The translations under genes were made by a program, and so were the position numbers. Shown here one piece after another: positions 51,971 to 60,139 of a DNA stretch of 64,000 bases; position 1 is the stretch's first letter; each line of letters begins with the position of its first letter. Where the stretch lies: positions 1,991,136 through 2,055,135 of the forward strand of contig NZ_OZ253579.1 in the NCBI RefSeq assembly GCF_965263005.1, given 5' to 3'. Under the pieces are notes generated by a model. The model saw only the letters and a program-made list of their open reading frames with translations. It searched no databases and had not been told where the DNA came from. This stretch comes from Candidatus Rariloculus sp. GTDB lineage: Bacteria; Pseudomonadota; Gammaproteobacteria; Steroidobacterales; Rariloculaceae.

Positions 51971-52987
51971 ATGAAAAGCAATATCACCTGGGTTGCGGCG
52001 GCTTTGCTGTTTGCCACAACGGCAACCGGCCATCATAGCGATGCCGCGCTCGATATGAACGCCGTGGCCACTTTCGAAGGTACCGTCAGCGAGTACAGCA
52101 TGAGGAATCCGCACAGCTATTTTACGGTCGACGCGACCGGTGAAGACGGCGCGGCCATTAGCTGGACGGTGCAATTGGGCTCGGCGATCTCGATCCGCCG
52201 CAGAGGATGGACGGCCGATTCACTGGTTGTGGGCGATGAGGTCAGCGTCGGCGTGCACCCCGCGCGCGACGGCCGCACGTACGGCCTGCTCGTTTCGCTT
52301 GAGAAGGGCGGCGAACCGCTCTCGTACGAACGCTCGCCGAGCCGCGCGACCGCGAGCACGACGACGCTCGAGGGTCGCTGGATCGTCGACCGCGACAGCC
52401 TGGGTGACGATTATCCTGGAGGACTCGACCAACTCATGGCGCGCGAGCTCAGCTTGACCGAGAAGGGTCGAGCGGCCTACGCGGCATTCGATCAGAACTC
52501 GGAGGAGAATCCGGAGCTCGCATGCCTGTCCAAGCCGACGCCGGGCGGGATCGTCTATACCGACATCTATCCCATGGAGATCGAATTCCTTGACGGCGGC
52601 GAGATCATCATGATCCGGAGCCAGTACTTCGATCAGGAGCGAACCGTCTTCATGGACGGCCGGCCGCACCCGCGCGACGAGCGTACTCACGAAGGTCATT
52701 CGATCGGCCGGTGGGAGGACGACGTGCTTGTCGTCGACACGGCCAATTTCGCCGACGATCGGTCGCCCTATCAAAACGGCGTGCCCTCGGGCGCGCAAAA
52801 GCACGTCGTCGAGCGCTACTGGCTCCACCCGGACGGCACGCGGCTGCGCCTCGAGTTCACCCTTGAGGATCCCGAGTACATCGTCGGCTCGATGACGCAT
52901 GCGCGCGACCTGGTCTATTCGCCGCAGCTCGACATGGCGCCATTCAACTGCGATCTCGAGGCGACGCGACGTTTCTTGCCCAGATAG
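51971..52987 (+). CDS. Secreted fusion protein: DUF6152-like N-terminal domain plus the unknown C-terminal domain homologous to 14176-14877
   Basis: The track starts at 51932. I place the start at ATG 51971, 5 nt after GGGAG. The signal is MKSNITWVAAALLFATTATG, followed by HHSDAALD...MRNPH...RRGW...VGD. Then come PELACLSKP...DGRPHP...GHSIGRWEDD...NGVP...LEDPEY. Confidence 0.8.
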   Translation: MKSNITWVAAALLFATTATGHHSDAALDMNAVATFEGTVSEYSMRNPHSYFTVDATGEDGAAISWTVQLGSAISIRRRGWTADSLVVGDEVSVGVHPARDGRTYGLLVSLEKGGEPLSYERSPSRATASTTTLEGRWIVDRDSLGDDYPGGLDQLMARELSLTEKGRAAYAAFDQNSEENPELACLSKPTPGGIVYTDIYPMEIEFLDGGEIIMIRSQYFDQERTVFMDGRPHPRDERTHEGHSIGRWEDDVLVVDTANFADDRSPYQNGVPSGAQKHVVERYWLHPDGTRLRLEFTLEDPEYIVGSMTHARDLVYSPQLDMAPFNCDLEATRRFLPR

Positions 52988-53139
52988 CTCGGAATTTGCA
53001 GCATCGTGCGGCCGTCGGGGTTGCATTGGCGTGGGGCGCGAAACGGGCACGGCGGCGGGGTCGTTCCAGGGGGGGCGCAGCTCAGAAACCTTGCGCGATT
53101 TCATGGGCAGGTTAGCCAGTACGGGTTAGAATTGTTGCC

Positions 53140-53799
53140 GTGAATCCCGCCTTCAGGCCAACTGAACCGCCCGCGCGCTGTAGCCGCTGCCGTCGACTAA
53201 TCAAGCTGTTGACCGTGTCTTGCCAAACCGCCCGCGACCACAAACCGGCAGCATTTGACCGATGCCTTGCCGGGATTTCCCTCGGGCTGCTGACGCTCCT
53301 CGTGGCGGCTCCCCTGGCGGCCCAGGAGTTCACGGCGGAAGGGTTCCGCGTCACAGCCGCCGCAGGGCGCGAGGTCATCGTGCTCGCCTCTGATGCCGGC
53401 TCGCTTGCGGTGGCGCAACCGGAAGTCGCCCGATTCGCCGCACAGTCCTATGAAACGGCCTCGCAGCGGATTCATGTCGTTGCGTTCGAGGGGGAGACGT
53501 TCAGGGCTGCAACTCCCCTGGACGGCCCCTGGTCGAGGATCGTCTTCGATCCCTCCCGGCGGACCTTCGTACCGCTGTTGCCGAGTATCCGCATCGAGCT
53601 GAACGAAGGCGTGCAAATCGACGCCGTCGCCGCAGCGCTCGACGCGACCGGTGTCACGATCTTCGAATCCCTGGGTTTTGCCATCGTCGAGCTACCGGAG
53701 GAACTGCATCCCGCCGATGCCGTTGAGCAAGTTGTGAACATTTTCGGCCAATCCGGCGCCTCGGTGCGGCTGCGCGGGCCCGAAATCGAGTGGCGATGA
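53140..53799 (+). CDS. Secreted hypothetical protein, possibly with a subtilase-propeptide (I9)-like C-terminal region
   Basis: 219-aa track ORF. The true start is uncertain, with in-frame TTG 53209 and GTG 53215 as candidates. It has a hydrophobic signal-like stretch (GISLGLLTLLVAAPLAAQE) and lies directly upstream of the S8 protease. I know of no recognisable family. Confidence 0.45.
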   Translation: MNPAFRPTEPPARCSRCRRLIKLLTVSCQTARDHKPAAFDRCLAGISLGLLTLLVAAPLAAQEFTAEGFRVTAAAGREVIVLASDAGSLAVAQPEVARFAAQSYETASQRIHVVAFEGETFRAATPLDGPWSRIVFDPSRRTFVPLLPSIRIELNEGVQIDAVAAALDATGVTIFESLGFAIVELPEELHPADAVEQVVNIFGQSGASVRLRGPEIEWR

Positions 53800-53860
53800 A
53801 CCGAACGGCGATGACACGAGCCGCGACGAAGCGCGTCCGGTGGCCGTCACGAAATTCGGA

Positions 53861-53920
53861 CCGGCCGGGCGCCTCGCCGGTCTCGGTGTGACGCGGGACT
53901 TTCGCCACGGGCTGCTAGCC
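53861..53920 (+). repeat. ~58-bp dispersed repeat, copy C (overlaps the 5' end of the S8 protease ORF)
   Basis: The sequence ccggccgggcgcctcgccggtctcggtgtgacgcgggactttcgccacgggctgctagcc differs from copy B at 4-5 positions. Confidence 0.8.
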
Positions 53921-56386
53921 GCCGCTGTGCTCGGCTGTCTGGCGGCCAGCGGCTGCCGACAGCCCGATCGGCCCCCAACCCCAGCGGCGGTATCGTTGGC
54001 CGCGGCTGCCGACACCATCGATGAGGCGGACAACAGCTCCGTGCAGGTGGCAGTCGAACTCGATTCGCCCACCGCCACGGGCGTGACTGTGCAGTTGATC
54101 TTTACAGGCTCAGCCACCCGGGACCACGACTACGCGGTCAGTGCCGATACAATCGTTGTGCCCCCGAATTCCTCATCCGCCACTGCGGATATCGACGTCT
54201 ACAGGGACTTCGACCCGGAGGGGGAAGAAACCGTCACGATCGGCGTGGCAATCGTCGCAGGCCATGCCAATGCCGGCGAGCGCTCCTCCGTCACGCTCAC
54301 CATCCTCGACGGTGAGGCTGCGACGGTGAACAAGACGCCCCAGGAGAGCGGTGGGCCGAAGTTGTTTCTGTTGCCGTTTTTCTTCGGCGTAAGAGACGAC
54401 ACTATTGTGCTGGTGGTTGCCGCGCAGAATGCTTCCTCAGATGGCACATCGGCGCTCCTGGTCGCGGAGTGGTCCACGGATTTCGGCTTCGCGGCTGACG
54501 TGCATTTGCTCGGCACCGTCGAGATCCTTGCTGCCGAACCCGACCTGTTCGAGTTTCTGCTCGGGGGAGTGCACGAATTCGTCCTGCCGCTGGATCAACT
54601 GGCGCCGAACCGCAGTTACTTCGTCAGAGCGTATCTCGGCGATGCGCCGCCGGCAGCGAACCGCAACGCAGCGGTAACGAATGCGTTCATCGAAGGCTTC
54701 GCGACGAATGCCGAGGGGCTGGTCAAGACGCGGTGCGAAGCGCCCGAGAGGACGCCGGGTCCCGCCGGAACCGACCCGCTGTTTGCCGAGCAATGGCACC
54801 TGAGCAACACGGGTCAGACCGCGTTCTCGAATCGAGGCGGTAGTGCCGGCGCCGATCTGCGCATGACCGGGGCGATCGGGGCCGGGCGCAACGGCGCCGG
54901 TGTGAAGCTGGCGGTCATCGATACCGGGCTTGAGATTTGCCACCCGGATCTGGCCGCCAACACTGCCGGGGGCGGGTCGTTCAATTTCCAGGCAGACGGG
55001 ACTCCCGGCGCGTCGCGCACCGATCCATTCAACCACAGCATTCTCGGCGACCACGGCACCAGCGTCGCCGGGGTCGCCGCTGCCGCGGCGAACAACGGTT
55101 TCGGCGGGCGCGGCGTGGCGCCGGACGTGACGCTGGTGGGGTTCAACCTGGGTACCGCCTTGGGCCAAGACCCCGAAACCGCGCTGTTCCGCAGCCTGGG
55201 AGGCAGCGACAGCGATCCGGATTCCGCCAGCGTCGACATTTTCAACATGAGTTTCGGCACCGTGGTCCCGTCTGAGAATCCGTCGGCGGACTTCGTGCGG
55301 CTGGTGAAGATGGGCACGTCGGAGCTTCGCTCCGGCCGCGGTGCGTTGTATGTGAAGGCAGCCGGCAACGGCTTCGGGTTCTGTGAACGGCCGCACCCGC
55401 TCAACCGGGAAGTCGGCTGTATCGGCGCCAACACCGATCCGGACCAGAACCTGCCCTGGCTGCTCACCGTGGGGGCATTCAATGCCGACGATCTCAAGTC
55501 GTCCTATTCGAGCGCCGGCGCTAATCTCTGGGTCGTCGGTCCGGGCGGCGAGGACGGTCGCGACCAACCCGCGATGATCACGACGGACCAGGCCGGTGCG
55601 CAGGCGGGATTCAACCTGCGTCCCGAGAACCCCCTCACAAGCGCCCATCCGCTGAATCGCGACGGCGATTACGTCAGCGCCTTCGGCGGCACGTCATCGG
55701 CGTCCCCCGCCGTCGCGGGTGCGATCGCGGTGCTGCTGGGCGCTTACCCGGATCTGAGCTGGCGCGATGTGAAACACATCCTCGCGGTGTCGGCGCGCAG
55801 GATCGACCCCGACCGCGCCGAGGTCCGCGCCGCCTTCAGCGGCAGTCCCTACGTCGCGCAGCACGCCTGGCAGACCAATGCTGCCGGTTACGACTTCCAC
55901 AACTGGTACGGCTTCGGCGCTGTCGATATCGACGCCGCCCTCGCACTGGCGGCAAGCTACACGCCCGACAGCCTGGGGACCTTCGTCGAATCGCCGTGGT
56001 TCGAGGTCGGCGCGGATGCCGAGTTGCGCCTGGCCATCCCGGACGTGGACGGCGCCGGGGTGAGCGCGACCATGGAGGTGGCGGGCTTGCCCGACGCCGC
56101 CAACATCGAAGCAGTGGTGCTCGAAATCGCGGTCGAACACCGTAATGCCTTTGACCTCGGCCTCACGCTCCGCTCGCCCGCGGGCACAGCCAGCGTCGTC
56201 AATCCGCCTTTCAATCCGGTGCTCGACGGGTTCGGTGGACTGCGAGACTGGCAGTTGTTGAGCAACGCGTTTTACGGCGAGAACCCCAACGGCGCCTGGA
56301 CCATCCATGTGGCAGACCTCGCCGCCGACGACACCGGCAGCCTGACCGGCTGGCGGCTGCGCTTCTACTACGGCGAGCACCCATAG
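53888..56386 (+). CDS. S8 (kexin/furin-like) serine protease lipoprotein with an N-terminal Calx-beta domain and a C-terminal proprotein-convertase P-domain
   Basis: The track starts at GTG 53840. GTG 53888 gives a compact lipoprotein signal, MTRDFRHGLLAAAVLGCLAASGC. A Calx-beta-like segment is present (VTVQLIFTGSATRDHDYAV...TVTIGV...). The catalytic D/H/S residues are in order (KLAVIDTGLE, GDHGTSVAG, GGTSSASPAVAG). The P-domain-like tail reads NPNGAWTIHVADLAADDTGSLTGWRLRF. Confidence 0.85.
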   Translation: MTRDFRHGLLAAAVLGCLAASGCRQPDRPPTPAAVSLAAAADTIDEADNSSVQVAVELDSPTATGVTVQLIFTGSATRDHDYAVSADTIVVPPNSSSATADIDVYRDFDPEGEETVTIGVAIVAGHANAGERSSVTLTILDGEAATVNKTPQESGGPKLFLLPFFFGVRDDTIVLVVAAQNASSDGTSALLVAEWSTDFGFAADVHLLGTVEILAAEPDLFEFLLGGVHEFVLPLDQLAPNRSYFVRAYLGDAPPAANRNAAVTNAFIEGFATNAEGLVKTRCEAPERTPGPAGTDPLFAEQWHLSNTGQTAFSNRGGSAGADLRMTGAIGAGRNGAGVKLAVIDTGLEICHPDLAANTAGGGSFNFQADGTPGASRTDPFNHSILGDHGTSVAGVAAAAANNGFGGRGVAPDVTLVGFNLGTALGQDPETALFRSLGGSDSDPDSASVDIFNMSFGTVVPSENPSADFVRLVKMGTSELRSGRGALYVKAAGNGFGFCERPHPLNREVGCIGANTDPDQNLPWLLTVGAFNADDLKSSYSSAGANLWVVGPGGEDGRDQPAMITTDQAGAQAGFNLRPENPLTSAHPLNRDGDYVSAFGGTSSASPAVAGAIAVLLGAYPDLSWRDVKHILAVSARRIDPDRAEVRAAFSGSPYVAQHAWQTNAAGYDFHNWYGFGAVDIDAALALAASYTPDSLGTFVESPWFEVGADAELRLAIPDVDGAGVSATMEVAGLPDAANIEAVVLEIAVEHRNAFDLGLTLRSPAGTASVVNPPFNPVLDGFGGLRDWQLLSNAFYGENPNGAWTIHVADLAADDTGSLTGWRLRFYYGEHP

Positions 56387-56550
56387 CCGGCCAGGCAGAA
56401 ACGATCCATTATGTTCCGGTGTCGACGGCAGAACGCTGGGAAGCGGTGAATTCGGGATTGCGCAATTGCGCCGCCCGGGTTGCCGGCGTTCGACGCCGGC
56501 GGCCCATGCGATAAAATCCCGACGACATCCGCAACCTGAAGGAGATAAAC

Positions 56551-56904
56551 ATGAAACTGGCCGACCGGCAATGCGTACCGTGCCGCGGGGGAGTCCCGCC
56601 GATGGGCTCCGACGACGCCGAAACCCTGCTCGCCGAGCTCGGAGGGGGTTGGGCGCTAAACGCCGACGGCCACCTCGAGCGCGCGTATCCGTTCGCGAAT
56701 TTCCTCGCCGCGATGAACTTCGCGAATCGAGTGGCCGAGATCGCCGAAGCGCAAGCCCATCACCCGGACCTCTACGTCCGCTGGGGCCAGTGCACGGTCG
56801 AAATATGGACCCACAAGATCAGCGGATTGACCGAGAGCGATTTCTACCTGGCCGCGAAGATAGACCGCGCCTGGTCGCAATCGCTCGACGAGCGAGCTGA
56901 CTGA
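56551..56904 (+). CDS. phhB: Pterin-4-alpha-carbinolamine dehydratase
   Basis: 117-aa ORF starting at ATG with AAGGAG upstream. The PCD family motifs are CVPCRGG, F.NF..A..F.N.VA..AE...HHPD and V.....TH...GLTE.DF..A. Confidence 0.9.
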   Translation: MKLADRQCVPCRGGVPPMGSDDAETLLAELGGGWALNADGHLERAYPFANFLAAMNFANRVAEIAEAQAHHPDLYVRWGQCTVEIWTHKISGLTESDFYLAAKIDRAWSQSLDERAD

Positions 56905-57015
56905 TCGCTACATGTAAGCCCGGACCGCCTTCAGCGCTCCGAGCACGCTCGCCAGGCGGCTGGTCGCTACATGTATGCGTAGACCGCCGTCAACAGCCCG
57001 AGCACGCTCGCAAGG
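56905..57015 (+). repeat. Tandem 59-bp-period duplication of the 3' end of the lactate permease gene
   Basis: The stretches 56905-56956 and 56964-57015 match at 42 of 52 positions by my count. Both begin tcgctacatgta. The second copy is the real gene end (...LGLLTAVYAYM*). The first would encode ...LGALKAVRAYM*. Confidence 0.8.
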
Positions 57016-58574
57016 AAGATGCTGTGCTTGAAGGTGAACCGGAATAGCTGCCCCTCCTGGGAACGCGCCATTCCCGTGGCCGCCACGGCGACCGCGAGGC
57101 TCTGCAGGCTGATCATCTTGCCCATCACGCCGCCGGCCGAGTTTGCCGACGCCATGATCGCGGGATTGAGGTTGAGCTCCCTGGCAGTCACGACCTGCAG
57201 GTTGCCGAACAGGGCGTTCGACGAAGTGTCGCTGCCGGTCAGGAATACGCCTAGCCAGCCGAGCATTGCGCTGAAGTACGGGAACAGCGCGCCGGTCGCG
57301 GCGAAGGCGAGGCCGAGCGTAACGGTGGCGCCGGAGTAGTTCATGAGGAAGGCGAGACCGAGCACGGAGGCGATCGTCAGCAGCGAGAAAAACATCTGCT
57401 GCACGACGGACCCGAGCAACTTGACATAGCTCACTGCCGGCATGCGCAGCAGCAGTGCCGCGGCCACGGTCGCGAACCCGCAGGCTGTCCCCGCCGCTGA
57501 GAGCCAGTTGAAATTGAACACGGCCGCGTAGGGTGACGGCGACTCGACGATGGGCTGCATGCGTTCGACGACGTTGTGAAGGCCCGGCCATTCGATCGCG
57601 ATCGACACGGTGTTGAGAACGTTTGTTCCCCAAGAGCTGCCCCAGAGCAGCACGAAGAACACGAGGAACAGATACGGCGACCACGCGAGCAGCGTGGGGC
57701 CGAGCCCGTGCTTCTTGACGGTGGCCACGACCTCGGAGTCGCCCTCGAGATGGAACGAGTCGGACGGTTGCCAGACCTTGAAGAGCACGATGAGCGCGAT
57801 GATCGAAGTCAACGCGGCAATGATGTCGACGAGTTCGGGACCGAAGGTGCTCGATATAAACAGTTGCATCGAGGCGAAAGAGACACCGCAGACGATGGCC
57901 GCGGGCAGCACGCCGTTCAGCGCGCGAAACCCGCCCATGACCCATACCAGATAAGCCGGGATGAAGACCGAGACCGGCGCACAGAGCCGCCCGACCCAGG
58001 TGCTGAGCAGAGCCTCGTCCAGGCCCGTGATGCCGGCAAGTGTAATCACTGGAATGCCTATCGAGCCGAACGCGACCGGGGCGGTATTGGCCAGCAGACA
58101 GATCCCGGCGGCGAAGAACGGTGAGAAACCGAGCCCTGTCAGCATGGCCGCGGCGACGGCGACGGGAGTGCCGAAGCCCGCGCCGCCCTCGATAAACGCT
58201 CCGAACGCGAATGCGATGAGCATGGCCTGCAGGCGCCGGTCCGACGTCAGTCCGCCGATCGAATCCTTGATGATCTCGAAATTGCCCGTCTCGAGCGTGA
58301 GCCGGTACAAAACGATCGCCCAGTAGACGATCCAGCCGATCGGGAACAGGCCAAATGCCGCGCCGTAGATCGTGGAGCTGACCGCAAGCGAGGGCGGCAT
58401 GCCGTAGATGCCGATCGAGACGATCGCGGCCGCGGCCAGTCCCGAAAGGGCCGCGATCCAGGCGGGTTTTCGCAGGATCCCGATCAGTAGCAGCAGGACA
58501 AATATCGGTAGGGCGGCGGCCAGCGCCGACCAGGCGAGGCTATCCGCAATCGGTAGGTACTCCTGCGGCCACAT
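56967..58574 (-). CDS. lctP: L-lactate permease (LctP/LldP family)
   Basis: 535-aa ORF with the highly characteristic N-terminus (LAWSALAAALPIFVLLLLIGILRKPAW...) and family motifs (AFAFGAFIEGGAGFGTPVAV.AAML.GLGF). Confidence 0.9.
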   Translation of the reverse strand: MWPQEYLPIADSLAWSALAAALPIFVLLLLIGILRKPAWIAALSGLAAAAIVSIGIYGMPPSLAVSSTIYGAAFGLFPIGWIVYWAIVLYRLTLETGNFEIIKDSIGGLTSDRRLQAMLIAFAFGAFIEGGAGFGTPVAVAAAMLTGLGFSPFFAAGICLLANTAPVAFGSIGIPVITLAGITGLDEALLSTWVGRLCAPVSVFIPAYLVWVMGGFRALNGVLPAAIVCGVSFASMQLFISSTFGPELVDIIAALTSIIALIVLFKVWQPSDSFHLEGDSEVVATVKKHGLGPTLLAWSPYLFLVFFVLLWGSSWGTNVLNTVSIAIEWPGLHNVVERMQPIVESPSPYAAVFNFNWLSAAGTACGFATVAAALLLRMPAVSYVKLLGSVVQQMFFSLLTIASVLGLAFLMNYSGATVTLGLAFAATGALFPYFSAMLGWLGVFLTGSDTSSNALFGNLQVVTARELNLNPAIMASANSAGGVMGKMISLQSLAVAVAATGMARSQEGQLFRFTFKHSIFLASVLGLLTAVYAYM

Positions 58575-58640
58575 GTAGAGATCTCCGTTTGAGTTTTTCT
58601 TGGTCCGGAAGTGACTGCCGGCGCGGCTACGCCGGCGTGA

Positions 58641-59288
58641 TCAGAACAGGCTGCTGTAGTCGATCATGTCCTCGAAGTAACCCGTTACGGTAAGCGTCAC
58701 GGTGACCGGAAACTCGTTGTAGTTGAGCCAGTACCAGCCGTGTTCGCCGCCGAACGGGGCGACGAGCGAGCCGTTGTCTCCGTTGCCTTCCTGATGCTCC
58801 TTGTACCGTACCCAATAGTCCGGGCTGACCGCCGGATCATGACCGTGGAAATCGGAGTAGATCGTTCCGCGATCGACCTGCCAGGTGTAGAGAATCATCT
58901 TGCCGGTTTCGAGCACGGTCTTGATCTCGGTTTCCTGCTCGGCCTCGATCGTGATCTGAAACGTCTCCGTTTGCGCGGGCTGATCGGAATCCTGATGAAT
59001 TGCCGGGTTCGGCAACGGCACCGGGTCGCCGAAGTCGGGAATCTCGGCCTCGAAAACCCGTTCGTTACCTCCGGTGACGTCGACGATCTCGAGCGTCCGC
59101 GTCGGTTCCTGGGTGAGCCGCGAGAAGCCGGTCAGGCCACCGATTCCCGTCGGATCGATGCCGTACTCGGCCGGCAGGATGACGGTGATGAGGATGGCGA
59201 TGGCGACGACACAGGCGGCCAGCGCGCTGAGCGCGATGCGTTTGCCGGGCGGCGGCACGAACTCTGAAGGCGTCGAAGGATCTGACAT
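58641..59288 (-). CDS. Membrane-anchored hypothetical protein
   Basis: 215-aa ORF with a single N-terminal TM (IALSALAACVVAIAILITVILP) and a soluble domain ending ...WYWLNYNEFPVTVTLTVTGYFEDMIDYSSLF. I recognise no family. Confidence 0.6.
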   Translation of the reverse strand: MSDPSTPSEFVPPPGKRIALSALAACVVAIAILITVILPAEYGIDPTGIGGLTGFSRLTQEPTRTLEIVDVTGGNERVFEAEIPDFGDPVPLPNPAIHQDSDQPAQTETFQITIEAEQETEIKTVLETGKMILYTWQVDRGTIYSDFHGHDPAVSPDYWVRYKEHQEGNGDNGSLVAPFGGEHGWYWLNYNEFPVTVTLTVTGYFEDMIDYSSLF

Positions 59289-59356
59289 GTCGCTGTGACC
59301 TCGCTGAATTGCGGCACATTTTACACTGCAACGCGGTCCATAACGAGCGTCAGGGG

Positions 59357-60088
59357 TCAGAGCTCGAGGGCCGCGACCGCGATACCGGCAAGCACGGCGC
59401 CGAGAATCGGGCCGACCACCGGAACCGGCGCATACTCCCAGCCCGAACTGCCTTTGCCTGCGATCGGCAGGAGCGCGTGAACGATTCGCGGCCCGAGGTC
59501 CCGGGCCGGGTTGATCGCGTAACCGGTCGGTCCGCCGAGTGACAGTCCGATGCCCCAGACCAGCAGACCGACGAGGAACGGGCCGAAGCCCGGCTCCAAT
59601 CCGTTCGGAGCAAGGTTGTCGGAAAAGATCGCGGCCGCAATAAACACGAGCACGAACGTGCCGATGATCTCACTGACGAGATTCGACGGCAGATGCCTGA
59701 TCGCGGGCGACGTGCAGAAGCAGGCGCGTTTGAGGGCCGGGTCTTCCGTCTGCGCCCAGTGCGGCAGGTAGTGCAGCCAGACGAGCGCCGCACCGAGCGA
59801 CGCGCCGATCATCTGGCCCGCGATATAGGTTCCAGCCTGGCTCCAATCGCCGGTGTAAACGCTGACGCCGATCGTCACGGCCGGGTTGATGTGGCCGTTG
59901 CTGCCGACGGCGAGCGCGACGATCACGCCCGAGATGACCGCGAGCCCCCACGCGGTCGTGATGGCCATCCAGCCAGAGCCCTCGCCGTACGATCCCTTGA
60001 GCAGCACGCCGGCAACGACACCGTTGCCGAGCAGGATCAAGGTCATCGTTCCGAGCAATTCACCCAAGAACGCACTAGACATGGTCAC
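59357..60088 (-). CDS. glpF: Aquaglyceroporin (glycerol uptake facilitator)
   Basis: 243-aa ORF with two NPA boxes (GHINPAVT, AINPARDLGPR). It is adjacent to glpK. Confidence 0.9.
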   Translation of the reverse strand: MTMSSAFLGELLGTMTLILLGNGVVAGVLLKGSYGEGSGWMAITTAWGLAVISGVIVALAVGSNGHINPAVTIGVSVYTGDWSQAGTYIAGQMIGASLGAALVWLHYLPHWAQTEDPALKRACFCTSPAIRHLPSNLVSEIIGTFVLVFIAAAIFSDNLAPNGLEPGFGPFLVGLLVWGIGLSLGGPTGYAINPARDLGPRIVHALLPIAGKGSSGWEYAPVPVVGPILGAVLAGIAVAALEL

Positions 60089-60139
60089 TCTCCCGGTGAT
60101 TGCAGGGACTCAAGCGCACTTCAACGCACTTCGCAGCGA

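Noticed and set aside
56482-56500. GC hairpin GCCGGCG-TTCGA-CGCCGGC downstream of the protease gene, considered as an intrinsic terminator. The nearby palindrome GCGCAATTGCGC (56460-56471) was considered with it.
   Set aside because: No U-tract follows the stem, so a rho-independent terminator call is unsupported. A function for the palindrome cannot be inferred from one occurrence.
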